A DNA stretch of 64,000 bases, taken from NCBI GenBank assembly GCA_973895155.1, contig OZ316896.1:6686166-6750165 (forward strand), given 5' to 3'. The notes below the pieces were generated by a model. That model did no database searches. It worked only from the letters and a program-made list of their open reading frames with translations, and was not told the DNA's origin. This document shows positions 35,186 to 47,627 of this stretch, in pieces. The stretch comes from Marsupella aquatica. Taxonomy: Eukaryota; Plantae; Marchantiophyta. Each line of letters begins with the position of its first letter. The first letter of the stretch is position 1. Both the position numbers and the translations under genes were made by a program.

Positions 35186-35903
35186 ATGTCGGCTGTCCGT
35201 CGGTCTGCTGCGTTTGCCAGTGGTAGCGCTCACCGCCATTTCGTCTCCGCTGTACGTGCACATCTCAATTCTCCGACCCTCATGCGCTTCATTTCTGTAT
35301 CTGGATTTCTTATCTATTGTGGACGGGCTCCATTTTCTTGCTAAACGACGAGTGTACTTGCATAATGTTTCGATTTGTTTGGCTTTTTGTTCGATCGGTT
35401 TTGTGATTGAACATTTGTGTGGACGATTTCTCATCGTTTTTGGTCGCTCGCGTGTTGTGCTCGTTCGTTTGGTCCAGCCTTGTCTTGCTTATCCAGCGGA
35501 GGCTGCTGCTGCTACTACGGCTGCGACTACCCCTGAGGCCGCTGCAGCCGAGGTGGCTGCAAAGAAGACTAATCGAGCCGTCTATTGGTTCATCGGCGTG
35601 GCAGCAGCAGCAGTATTAGGGACCTTGGCCTACCCACAGCTGGTAACCCTACCACGTCAGAAACCGGTTCCTCTTCCTCCTCCTCCTGTACTCCCACCAC
35701 CTAATGTGGTCGATCTTCCTCCTGCTCAGAAACCTGCTCTGTCACCGCGGGAAGAGTTGAATCAACGGGTTACCACCCTGCGAAGCGAGCTCGCGGAGCT
35801 GAGGAAGCAGAAGCAGAGCCAACTTGTGAACATGAAGAAGCGGGAGATTAAGGATGAGATCAATATGATAGAGTCTGGTCTTAAAAAGCTGGATAAAGCC
35901 TAG
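35186..35903 (+). CDS. small protein of unknown function: presequence-like N-terminus, one TM helix, Pro-rich linker, C-terminal coiled coil; probably one intron
   Basis: MSAVRRSAAFASG... then AEAAAATT..., VYWFIGVAAAAVLGTLAY, PLPPPPVLPPP, LRSELAELRKQK...LDKA*. Splice sites are uncertain. Confidence 0.7.
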
Positions 35904-37879
35904 CTACCACGGAGAGTGACGTACTAGGGCCAGGGGTCCGGTTTGCATATTTTTTGACTTAGTTTCTTACAGCCGTGGGATGACTTACCCTTTTTTCCTT
36001 GGTCGTGACCGCTAGCCTCTTATCTCGGACTTCCGTGGACGGCACAGTGGGCTTATACAAGTGCCCACCTTAAATCTGCATGTGAAATGGTGACGACTTT
36101 ACAACCTAGATCCGCAGTACTACTGATGTGAGGGAGATAATTTCGTTAGAAATCTCTATGTGCTGCTTGATTGATTCCAAGGCTCGATAGTCTAGATCAG
36201 ATGGCGAAGCACATCAGAGTCGACGTTAGCGCGCACAGCAATCGTCACGTTTGCGTCATACTGTAGAGATTTGAAGACGGCAAGGCATGGTATGTATTCG
36301 ATGCTTTTTCTAGTTGAAGTGCAGGATTCGGGGGAAACAGGAGCCAAATAAAATAATGAGTCCATAGTCACTTCAACCGATACACCGGCAGATATATTGG
36401 CTGAGGCTGGCGCAGGGTTCGGACTTCAAAATTTGGACTGGCATTCTGCTCGTTAATGAATAATGGTCAAATGAATAATGCAAAGTATCTGGTTGGACCT
36501 TTTAGAATATCTGATCATATCACAGTTGCATCTTCGTTTCTGCAGAATGGTAGGCCGTCCCGTTGTCATGTCTGCTTGGTGCTCTTTTTGTCATGTCATG
36601 TCTGCTTAGTGCTCTTTTTGTCATTTGTAAAATTCGGATGGTTGGACCTTTTAGAATATTAGATCATATCATAGTTGCATCTGCGTTTCGGCACATTGGT
36701 AGTCCATCCTGTTTTGTCATGTTTGCTTCTTGCTCGTTTTGTCATCTGGTAAAAATTCGGATGAAAGCAAGGGTGGCTGAGGTGTCACTAACCACGGACA
36801 CATTTATTTTAAATAATCTACTGTGTGTTTTTAGCGAACTACGGATGTCCATAATGTCAGCCAGAGTGCTATTCCATCGAGATACATGTTACAGTACTCT
36901 TACACGACTTTGACCTAGGGCCTGTAGGGCTTTTCAATGTCATTCGGTCTTTCCAAGGTTGTTGTACTTGTTTGCCAAGCCAATTCCAGTGTAGTTCGTG
37001 CGTGAATGCATGGCTCAGTCTTATCTGTGTTAATGGAGATTCAAGCTTGGTAGCGTATTGCTCTAATTTGTTTCCTCGCAGCTTCCCAGTTCTTGGAATT
37101 TTCAAGTGCATGGACTCGCTAAGAATTGAACCCAGGACCTCCTGTGGACATCCTTGAGCTCTCCACGAGACATTCATCTCCTTTGGCTCTCATATTATGT
37201 GGGAATTTTGAATAGCACGGACCTATGAGGAATTGAACCTAGGATTATTCTATCCACGAGACATTCATATTCAAAAGATGGTGTCCGCTGTCAGCCTCGG
37301 GTGCATAAATAGGCATCTAAATAGCATTGTCTCGGCTCATGATCTTCGGATAGATAGCAGTTTATGACATCATGAGATATGCCTTGGCTCATGTCAAATT
37401 AGTGCCTTTATAGATGCTTAGGTTCAGTGGACACCATAGCTTCCCCTGCTCAAGATTCCTCACAGTTTCCCTTTCGGATCATTCACAGGAAAGCTTCCTC
37501 CACAGAAATACAAAAAAAGCAATCGCTGCAATTGTTGTACACAAAAATCTCCATACACTCTTGACCAAAGTACTCCATTCGCCCTGACTTCTGCATTGCA
37601 CCATTCATCACATCAAAACTCATCACAATAGAACTCCCAAGCACACAACAATAGATTATTCCCTTACTCCCAAATTTCTCTGAACACCATAGGTTGCCTC
37701 TACTTCCACTTGTCCACTCCACATAAGCACTACATAAAAATCAAACTCCTGAACAGCCCTTAACATCCCGCTTGCAACTCCTTTTCAAAATTGCCCTCAC
37801 TTTTTAGTCCTTAGGCCACACCACATGTTGCCTCCCTGAATTTCCAACTTACTCCTCACAACTCCTTTTCAAAATTGCC

Positions 37880-39798
37880 CTCACTTTTTTGTTGGGCAAA
37901 TTGCTAGGTTGTCCATAACCATAGGCATGACTCTATGGAACAAGGCAGCCCTCTATGATATGACAGTAGACCAGGTTTCGGTTGAGTCCAAGTCCACCAC
38001 CTGAAGCATTTGAGAAGCGATAAAAGATGGAGGAAATTGATGCCAACCAAAAAGTAGAAAATAAGGAGAGAAGTTGGACAAGGAGGCATGGTTGGACACG
38101 CGGTACCCCATGATGGCAATGTAAGGCAGTGCCAAGTCCCAATCTTTCTTATTCTTGGTGAGGCATATTTTCCGCAATCCTTGTTTGCAGGTCTATACCA
38201 TCCACTCAGCTATACCATCTGTTTGAGGATGATCCCTTGAAGTTCTATGATGATCAATGAGGGCATGGTCAAGTAGGTAGTGAAATTCTCCTCTGATTTA
38301 AAGCCCTGGTCAGTGAGGCACTCTGCACAAGCCCCAAACCTGCCAAGCACTTGCTAGATTGAGAAAGGCTTGGCTAGTGTTGTGTGAACTCAGGCAACGC
38401 AACCAATTCAATCCAGTTAGAAAAGTGTTCAATCATGATCATTATATAGAGGTTACCCTGGATGTCAAAGGTAACTCCCCAGCTAAATCATAAGACCAGC
38501 GGTAAAACAATCCTTGAATAGGGAGTGGATGAAGCGTTGTCGAGAAGAGAATGAGGTTCTTACTCTGCCACACTGTTCACACCTAGCTATTATATCCCAA
38601 ATCTGAGCATGCATCACCTTTCAATGGTAATGAGGAGCCATCAACTATAAGTAGGCTTGATTCCAAAATGCCCAAGTTCAGAATGTACTTTTCTTACCAA
38701 GCCACCCCTATCAGCAATTGGTGGAACCACTCTCTCCCCTTGTGGCAAACAGCGGACTAGGTGATCTCCCTTCCACATGTAGCGCTTAGGCGGTTGTTGT
38801 ATCCGGTCCATTTGAGTAATGGTCATGCCTGGTGGGTACTGCCTGTGTTGCAAGAAATTTATAGTGTCCAAATCCTCCTAGATGTCCACAATTGGTCGGT
38901 CAACACCGTTGCAACAAAGCAAGGCAAGATAGGCAGAGGCCCCAAATGTAGAGCTAGGACTAGCATGATCAAAATCTTGCCGTGCATCTGAAAAATCTGT
39001 AGAAGTGATCAAAGGATTGCAAGACATGGAGTCAGCATTCTGATGAGTAATTCCAGGTCTATGAATACCTTCAAACTCATATTCTTGTAGAATGAGGGCC
39101 CAATGAGCTAGCTTGTCGATAAGCTTATCATTGGTCATCAACCACTGGTAAAGAGCATGAACTTAGTGCCATACAGGTAGGGCGCGCCTGAAATGTAAGA
39201 CAACCCACACAACAGCCAAGTATTCACCTTCATAAGAGGAGTAGTTGCTCTCAGCCTTGTTATTGCCCCTAGACACATAAGCAATGACATACTCCGGCCC
39301 GTCCCCATCAGATCGATTGACCCGGAATGGCACCAATACCTAGCACTTCAATGACACTCAGGTGGCATTTGACACTTTGAAGGAAAAGTTATGGAGTTTT
39401 TCTGTTCTCAAAACATTTCCAGGTAACATCCTTCTTAAGCAAAACGTACAATGGGTGAGCAATGATGCCATCCTGGATGTAAATTCTGTATTAATTACAT
39501 AGACCAATGAAGCTTCTCACAGTGTGAGTATCAGTAGGCTTGGGCATCTCAAGAATAGACACCACTTTAGCCCAATGAGCCATAGTGCCATTGGGAATGA
39601 TTCAATGCCCAAGGTAAACCACTGAGGTAACAGCAAACTCACACTTCTTGGGATGAATTTTCATATTAACATTTCTCAGCCTCCTGAACAGCTCCTCAAG
39701 ATGTAATAAGTGTTGCTCAAAACCCAGGTTGCTATGAACTACCACATCAGCAATATAACATTTTAGGAAATTAGCACCTTTTAGTGCTTGATCCATCC
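37880..39798 (-). pseudogene. degenerate Ty3/gypsy pol (RT end, RNase H, integrase)
   Basis: HPKKCEFAVTSVVYLGH; LAHWALILQEYEF..HRPG; VHSELGHFG; WDLALPY. Many frameshifts. Confidence 0.85.
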
Positions 39799-41503
39799 CC
39801 TAGTCCATGAGAGAATCGTTCTCTCTCTTCACCGCGTCCGTCTCCTCCATGGCCTCCTGGCATGCCTCTTCCAATTGCTGACCGTCACTTGTCAGCTTGG
39901 TCACCAGTTGGTCTTGTTTGGCGGCTTCTCCTTGAAGCCATGCCACCTCCACCTTCAGGGCGTCCACCTCGGCCGTATCCTGTTGGGCCCAAACGTTGGC
40001 CTCCTCTACGTCCTTCTGCCAGATTATGGCTTGCCCCTTCAAGCTGTCAATCTGGGCCCGGAGCTGTGAGATTTTGGCATCTTTTCCGGCTCAGGCCTGC
40101 TTGACCAAGGCTAACTTGGCTTCGGTGTCGGCGACCTGGGCGAGGGTGGTTGTAAGCTAAGGAAGGAGACGTTGTAACTTGGTATCTCGGCCAGAGGCTT
40201 CATTTAAGAGTTTGGTTACCTCAGCCCAATATCGCTCAATCTTTGCTATGGCTTCAGCTTGAGCCGTCCTACTTTCACTGCCGCCACCAGCTCCTCGCTG
40301 AAGAAATTGGCCACCTTGCAGGCCATGAACTCCCCCATTTCCTGACTTATTTGTTGGGAGAAGTCTCCCAGCAGCCTGTTCAAATATGTGCCCGGTGCAA
40401 AGAGTTCCGGGTTCACCAAGCTGTGTGCACTCGGGTTCGGGCAAGGGCAGACCTCTACTCGGGAAGAGGCTGGGGTTGTTACGTCCAGCCCAGAGACAGG
40501 ACGGTTAGAGGGGCCAAGGTGCCCAGCAAAAGGGTCTATTGGCACTGGTGCGGATGGTATCGCGGTTCCCTCCGGACAAATGGCCTCGGACTCGGGGCCG
40601 GCTTCCTCTCGCTCAACGGTCACTACACGAGCCTGGTTTTGGGCATCTAGGGTTGAAATTATCGCCAAATCTGGCATAGGAGAGGGTGTCTCAATGGCTG
40701 GTGGTGGGGCCGGGTGGGCACTACTGGTGATAGAGCCCGGGCTTTGGGCTGCAGCCGTTGTTCAAACGCCGGAAAGACCCACCAAGACGGTGTGAGCTCG
40801 GGCTCGTTGAGCCACGGAAGGGTTTGTCGATCAAACCAGGTGTACCACTCGATAATAATCTCGATGTGGCTTGCAAGGTACGCCTTCCCCCCCAGGGTAC
40901 AGGGTCTTCCTTTCTCGCTCCATCTCCTCATGGAACTTCTTGACGAAGAAGGAAGCCCACTTCCTAGGGAGGCTTTACACCATGCAAGGAAACAGGAAAA
41001 TGATTTCCTGTTATGAGCAAAATTTTACTGTTACGAGCAAAAATGAGATATACAAAATTTCTCATTAAAACTCAAAATTTTCAATATATTTTTAAAAACG
41101 ATCATTTTTGGCTAGCGCCAAGCGCTGGTAAAAAAATGTCAAAGATACAAACCAAAAAAAATTCAAAGAAAAAATTCCAAAACAAATTTCAAAAAATTTT
41201 CAAAAAATTCTCATCAATTTGTTGTTTACTGTTTAATGTTTGTTGTTTCCTTCTTATTGTTTCCTGGCACGGTGGTTATACCCTTCCTAGGCCGATAGTT
41301 CTCAACCTGGATCACTTGGGCGACGGATATCTCTCCCCGCATCCATCATGTGGAGGGCGTACCACTGGAACTCCAGCCACTCCGCAATCTCCGGGATGAC
41401 ACATGTCCTCATCAGGAAGCCGTTGTCCACCAAACCCTTTGGTCGAGAAGCTCAAGGATTGGTACTTTGCTCCCTTGCCCCCTGGGGCCCGTGACTCCAC
41501 CCG
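39799..41503 (-). mobile_element. internal piece of the large ORF-bearing gypsy LTR (copy E)
   Basis: Reverse-strand homology to 13700-14231 plus 22763-23608, uninterrupted at the copia insertion site. Confidence 0.9.
40969..41283 (-). mobile_element. MITE (315 bp), same family as 8318-8635, 8-bp TSD TTCCTAGG
   Basis: TSD at 40961-40968 and 41284-41291; reverse complement of the 8318 copy. Confidence 0.92.
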
Positions 41504-42983
41504 AGTCGCGGAACTCGACTACTTTAACACTTAGCTCCGACGTCGCTGACTCCGACGTTGAGCTCCCTTATGGTCCAGGCCCGGATAGGCAACGGGGAGG
41601 ACTTAGCATGGGGAGACTTGTGGGCAACGAGACGTGGCGCTAGCGAAGGCAAGGAGCCAAGCTAGTGCCACACACTAAGGACTTGGACTAGCTAAGAGCT
41701 GGTTGGGTCAAGGGGAAATGGGTCGGGCTCAAGGACGACCGTCCGGACCTACGGATTGACTTTGAGTTCTGAGGGCTTGAGTGTGAGCTCCTCTTGGGCC
41801 CAAGGCCAGTGGAGTTGATGCCATGGACAACGGACGCTTGGGGCGTGAGTTATGGCCCAATCCAAGTTTGGCCAATTGGGGACCCCAAGCGGCAATGAGA
41901 CCTGAGGGCCTAGGCATGAGCATTGGGTCGGCCCAATCACAACGGACTAAGGCACTCCGCTTGCGGACGCCTAACGAGAAAGTTAAAGGCATTACCAGTT
42001 GGTGGCGTGCCCAGTATGCGCGATAGGATCCGGGTTGGGGGCCAAATGTTTAGGGACCAAAGCTGGTCCGGGGGTGGCAGGTCTCCAGAAGCATATATGA
42101 GGGGAGTGGTGTCTCCCTGGGGGCTAAAGGCAAGCCAAAGTCGTGAGCCGCGGCGGTTGCGACACTAAGGGAAACCGCCAAACAAAAATGGCAATATCTT
42201 CCCAACAAGAAGTCTGTCTTGGGTGCGTTGGAAAGCTCTCAACAAGGGCTACGCCCTCCTGAGATCATCTGGGTCTGGGGGCACCATGGGTTCTTGGGGT
42301 TTGCGGGTGTTAACTCGACGGCTTGCCAAATCCTGCCGAACAGTAGCCAAGCCGCGTTCAATCATCCAAGGGAGCTTGCGTTGGGGAGGCAAGGCCAAGT
42401 AGGTGTGGAGGTTGAGTTCCAAGAGTGTTCGGCCCCTAGACAATGAGGCAAATCGGGAGTTGGTTGCTAGAGTTGGGGCCATTCTGGTCCCGACGTGTTG
42501 GGATAAGCTTGGGACAAGCTTTAGGACAAGCTACGCTATTTGGGCCATGACCATGTCCTGGGGTCAGGGCGGTCAGTTGGTGATGGATAGGTACAAGGGG
42601 GAACCCGGGCCGCGCCCAAGGAAGGAGTTGTTCTGGACAAACAGTGGGCGTGGGTTCTGGTTCCGGCTTATGGCATCGGGAGGACCTATCGCTGACCTAT
42701 TTACCAAAGTCTGTCGAGCTTGAGTTAGGATGCTAGACTTGGCAAGTTCTAGATCCTGAAGGGTTACTTACCAAGGTGCTTGGTTGCTTGTGCAGACAGT
42801 GAGCACCGTTGAGTAGCGGTTGTGTTGGAGAGCAAGTGCGGCTTTGTATGGGAGGGGCCGCTGGCAGTGCAAGGGGTACTAGGTTACTTGCTCGAGGTAT
42901 TTTGTGGAGGTGTTTGAGCACCAGGGGCACTTAGGTGTGAGTGTTGGGATAGGTGAGGGCGTTGGGTGGCAAGGTCCACCACT
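41504..42983 (+). repeat. 5' LTR (1480 bp) AGTCGCGGAAC...GGTCCACCACT
   Basis: Colinear with 46149-47627; followed by the PBS-like sequence and gag. Confidence 0.9.
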
Positions 42984-45759
42984 TGTGGTATGAGGGCGAT
43001 TGCCAACATAGACACCGGGCCGGAGTTGTGCTAGGTTGGAATCCAAAAATCTTAATGGATTTTTGCGGGGACTTAGTGCTTCAACACGCCCAGCGGGTCG
43101 ACTGCGGGCAGATTTGATTGTTGGGGACATGGCAAAAAACACTTGATCAAAGAGTGGCAAATAGGCTCACCCCGCCAAGAGGAGAGCCCAAGTTCAAGAT
43201 GAACGGAAGGAGGACGGGTCAACTTCCCTAGACAAACGTTACAAGTAGGACGACAAAGATGTGGTGGCCAAACCGTTGACCGCCGTAGCAAACACGTCAA
43301 GTGCAGAGCGCCGTCAACTTAAAGGGAAGGAGGTGGCCTATCCTTCAAAAGATGGGTTGGACGATGACGGCTCCAACGCGAGAGGAAACGACGATGATGC
43401 AGAAGTTGAATCGGAGGAAGAGGGTCAGGACCCAGAGGAGGAACTGATCCCAGCCTTGAGAGGGTTGGATGTGGAACCAGAGTATGATGTCAAGCCGGAT
43501 ATCATCATGGATAATTTGACCAAGCAGAACCAGGGTGATGCGGGTGGTGCCTCAGCCCCGAGAGGTCATGGTGCCCGCAAGATGCGGGGGGTGTCACCAA
43601 AATCCACAAAATCACCTAAGGACAAGCGGCCTACAAAGGAAAGATGGTTGGAGGACCATCCTCATACAACCCGCAAGGGCCCAACCGTTGACGACAATTT
43701 GGGTCCGTTGACTCAAGACCAATGACTCATTTATGAGCAGTTGGAACAGAACAAGGAGACCCAAATTAAGTACTTGCTTAGTCTGGGTAGTCAGAGTGTG
43801 ACGCGTCCCAAGGGGGGAATGGTAGTTGGACGGAGTATGTTCCAAGTGAACCAGCTACCGACTCCTCCAACTTACGATGGGGCCTACGAGCAAAGTGGAC
43901 AAAAGTTCCTGAGTTGGCTCTCCATGCGTGCGTTGAGCGTTCCACTTGGGCTACCACAGCCGCTCCTTACCTGAAAGACTATGCCTTGACTTGGTACAAG
44001 TCATGGAAGAAGTCGCGAGAGGACTCCTCCTTGCCATTAACTTGGGAAAACCTAGTTGAAGGTCTCCGTGCTCATGTCACCACTAAGTACCCGGAGCGGC
44101 ACGCTCAGAAATGTGTAACGGAGATGAGCTTCAGGGGTGATATCCAAAAGTTCATCACTTATTACCAAAACCAGTTAGCGTGTATCCCAGCGGGACAAGA
44201 GACCCTACATACGCAGCTTCACAACTTTATAGTAAAGCTCCCGCCGTTGCTCAGAAAAAAGTTACAGGTGAAGCGTCACGAGTTCAAAACGCTTTCTAAC
44301 GCCTTCAACAATGCCACTACGTTGGTGAATAACCGGCTGGACTTGGTGAAGGTGGGTGGCAAGGGATCCGAGGGGGAAACTGGGAAAGCAAAAGGTCCCA
44401 AGAATAAGCAAAAGCAACCTGAGGGGGCGGGGGCTGGTGGTTCGGATCCCCAGCCCCAAAATGGAGAACCTAAGCAAAACCGGAAGGCCAACAACTTCAA
44501 GAAAGGAACCTCATCGGTGCAGATTGAAAAGAAGTAGGCGCTCACGGAGCAGAGGCAAGCTGAAGGTTCATGCTTTACGTGTGGTGCCATGGGCCATCAA
44601 AGTGAGGATTGTTCCACAAAAGGTGGCAAGCCGAGCGAAGATGGAGGGCAAAAGAGCATTAAGGTAAGTATTGCTCTAACCAAACCCTTAGTAGCTGACA
44701 AGGTCCCTGTAGGGGAAGGTCCTACCGGACAGAAGGTTTTGCTGCGAGAGAAGATACCTAAAGTTAAGACAATGGATCCTGAAAAGCTGATTTTTGTGAA
44801 TGTCACTTCTAACGGTAATCTGGGTGTCACTTTGGTGGATGCAGGCGCGACCGCCTGCTTCATAAGCGGGCAGGCGGTGGCACGTCTTGGGGCGGACGTG
44901 CAAGAGTTGCTACAAGCAATGACACAAAAGGGACACTGTCGAGAGTGGTACATAGACTTTGAGTATAAGTCATAGGCGAACAACAAAATTTTGTTAGTCA
45001 GGAGATGTTCTACGTTCTAGACGGTCTAGCTGTAGACTTCATTTTGTCGGTAGATTATCTCAGAAAGCACAATGTTACCTTGAAACCGGGGGATGAGGTG
45101 CTCCATTTTCCCAATAAGGGCGGTGAGCCCATCGTTGTACACGAAATTACCAAAAATAAAGAAAGATTTCTCAAAGTAAGTAAAGTGTCGTGGTTGTCTC
45201 CGTGTGTATCGGTGAAGCAATGGTGGAAAGACTTCAAGGGTGGACATGAATGTTTCTTCTTTCATCTCCACCCAGTTAAGGAGGCTGCTTTGCAGCCAAA
45301 GGTTAAGTCAGCTAAGGTCAAGCCCGACTGCGGTCGAATTCCTGAAATTTTAGAGGATTTCAATGATGTGCTTTTGCAGAAGCTACCTAAAGGTTTACCC
45401 CCGCGGAGAGAAGTGGATCACCAAGTTGAGTTGGAGCCAGGTTTGGCTCCTCAGGCTAAAGCTCCTTACCGTCTGAACCTGAACAAACAAATGATGTTGA
45501 AGAACGCCTTGGAATAGTTGATCGACCAAGGGTTCATTCGTCCTAGTAAGAGTCCTTATGGGGCGCCCGCGCTATTTGTGTCCAAAAAGGATGGTACTTT
45601 GAGATTGTGCGCAGATTATCGGGCCCTCAATAAGAAAATGGTAAAGAACAAGTACCCATTACCTCATATGGATGACCTCTTCGATTGCCTCTCCAGGGCT
45701 AAGAAGTTTTCTAAGGTGGACTTGCGGTCTGGGTATTACCAGATCCGCATGGCTAAGGG

Positions 45760-46107
45760 GGGGTATTTACAAACGACAGGAAACAGGAAACAGTTACTGG
45801 TAACAGGAAAGTGGGTGGTAATGTTTTTGGAAATTTTTTTGGGGATTTTTTTTGGAAATTTTTTTTTGGGGGAATTTTGTTTGTTTTGTTTTTGTTTGTC
45901 ATCATCATATTGCTAGCCCCCGGAGCTAACAATAGCAGCGCTTGGCGCTCGCAAAAAAAACCCATGATTTTAATTATTATGAAAAATAAGACTTTAAATG
46001 GTACATTTTTAGATTGTGTTTTTACTGGTAACAGTAAAATTTTCCTGGTAACAGGAAACTTTTTGCTGGTACCAGTAATCCTGTTTCCTGTCTCGGTGGT
46101 GATGCCC
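45760..46107 (+). mobile_element. MITE (348 bp), related subfamily, 8-bp TSD GCTAAGGG
   Basis: TSD at 45752-45759 and 46108-46115. Removing it restores RMAKGDEYKT. Contains CAGGAAA repeats and shares the ctagc...agcgc-tggcgct core. Confidence 0.92.
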
Positions 46108-46148
46108 GCTAAGGGAGACGAGTATAAGACCGTAATGCGCACAAGGTT

Positions 46149-47627
46149 AGTCGTGGAACTCGACTACCTTAACACTTAGCTCCGGCGTCGCTGACTCCGA
46201 TGCGGAGCTCCCTTATGGTCAAGGACCGGATAGGCCATCCGGGGAGGACTTAGCATGGGGAGACTTGTGGGCAATGAGACGTGGCACTAGCGAGGCAAGG
46301 AGCCAAGCTGGGGGCACACACTAAGGACTTGGACTAGCTTATGGCTGGTCGGGACAAGGGAAAATGGGCCGGGCTCAAGGATGGCCATCCGGACCTCTGG
46401 ATGGACTTTGAGTTTTGAGGGCTTGGGAGCGAGCTCCTCTTGGGCCCAAGGCCAATGGAGTTGACGCCATTGGCAACGGACGCTTGGGGCGCAAGTTGTG
46501 GCCCGATCCGGGTTGGGCCGGTCGGGGGCCCCGAGCGGCGATCAGACCTGAGGGCCTAGGCATGAGCACTGGGTCGGCCCGGTCACAATGGGCTAAGGCA
46601 CTCCGCTTGCGGATGCCTATCAAGAAAGTTATGGGTGTTGCCAGTTGGTGGTGCGCCCATTATGCGCGATGGGATCCGGGTTGGGAGCCAAATGTTTAGG
46701 GACCAAAGCTGGTCCAGGGGTGGCAGGTCTCCAGAAGCATATATGAGGGGAGTGGTGTCTCCCTGGGGGCTAAGGGCGAGCCGAAGTCGTGAACCGCGAC
46801 GGTCGCGACACTAAGGGAAACCACCAAACGAAAATGACGATATCTTCTCAACAGGAAGTCTGTTGGAGGACTTCTTAGGTGTGTTGGAAATCTCTTGAGG
46901 AGGGCTACGCCCTCTTGAGCTCAACTGGGTCTGGGGGTGCCGTGGGTTCTCGTGGTTTGCGGGTGTTAGTTCGCCCGCTTGCCAAATCCTGCCGAACAGC
47001 AGCCAAGCCGCGTTCACCCAAGGGAGCTTGCATTGGGGAGGCAAGGCCAAGTAGGTGTGGAGGCTGAGTTCCAAGGGTGCTCGGCCCCTAGACCACCAGT
47101 GGGGCAAACCGAGAGCGGTTGCTAGAGTAGGGGCAGTTCTAGTCCCGGCGTGTTGGGACAAGCTTTAGGACAAGCTACGCTAATTGGGCCATGAGCATGT
47201 CCTAAGGTCAGGGTGGTTAGTTGGTGATGGATAGGTACGAGGGGGAACCCGGGCCGCGCCCAAGGAAGGGGTTGTTTTGGACGAACAGTGGTCGTGGGTT
47301 CTGGTTCCGGCTTATGGCATCGGGAGGACCTATCGCTGACCTATTTACCAATGTTTGCTGAGCTTGAGTTAAGATGCTAGACTTGGCGAGCTCTAGATCC
47401 TGAAGGGTTACTTACCGTGGTGCTTGGTTGCTTGTTCAGATAGGGAGGACCGTTGAGTAGCGGTCGTGTTAGAGAGCAAGTGCGGCTTTGTATGGGAGGG
47501 GCCACTGGTGGTGCAAGGGGCACTAGGTTGCTTGCTCGAGGTATTCCGTGGAGGCGTTCGGGCACCAAGGGCACTTAGGTGTGAGTGCTGGGATTGATGA
47601 GGGCGCTGGGTGGTAAGGTCCACCACT
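46149..47627 (+). mobile_element. solo LTR (1479 bp) of the same chromovirus family, inserted in its RT
   Basis: Perfect TSD AGGTT at 46144-46148 and 47628-47632. Removing it restores RTRFGSYEFLVMPFG. Confidence 0.93.

Noticed and set aside
36480-36770. Local duplications (~150-bp unit with an internal 32-bp repeat); also 26714-26752 and 37775-37890
   Set aside because: Ordinary short tandem duplications with no further structure.
45753-46179. Hydrophobic env-like ORFs in the chromovirus (also 8093-8446 and 41013-41399)
   Set aside because: They are translations of T-rich MITE insertions bounded by 8-bp TSDs.
46149-47627. Reading this copy as the 3' LTR of a short element starting at 41504
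   Set aside because: It has its own AGGTT TSD, no PPT in front of it, and RT continues in register after it.
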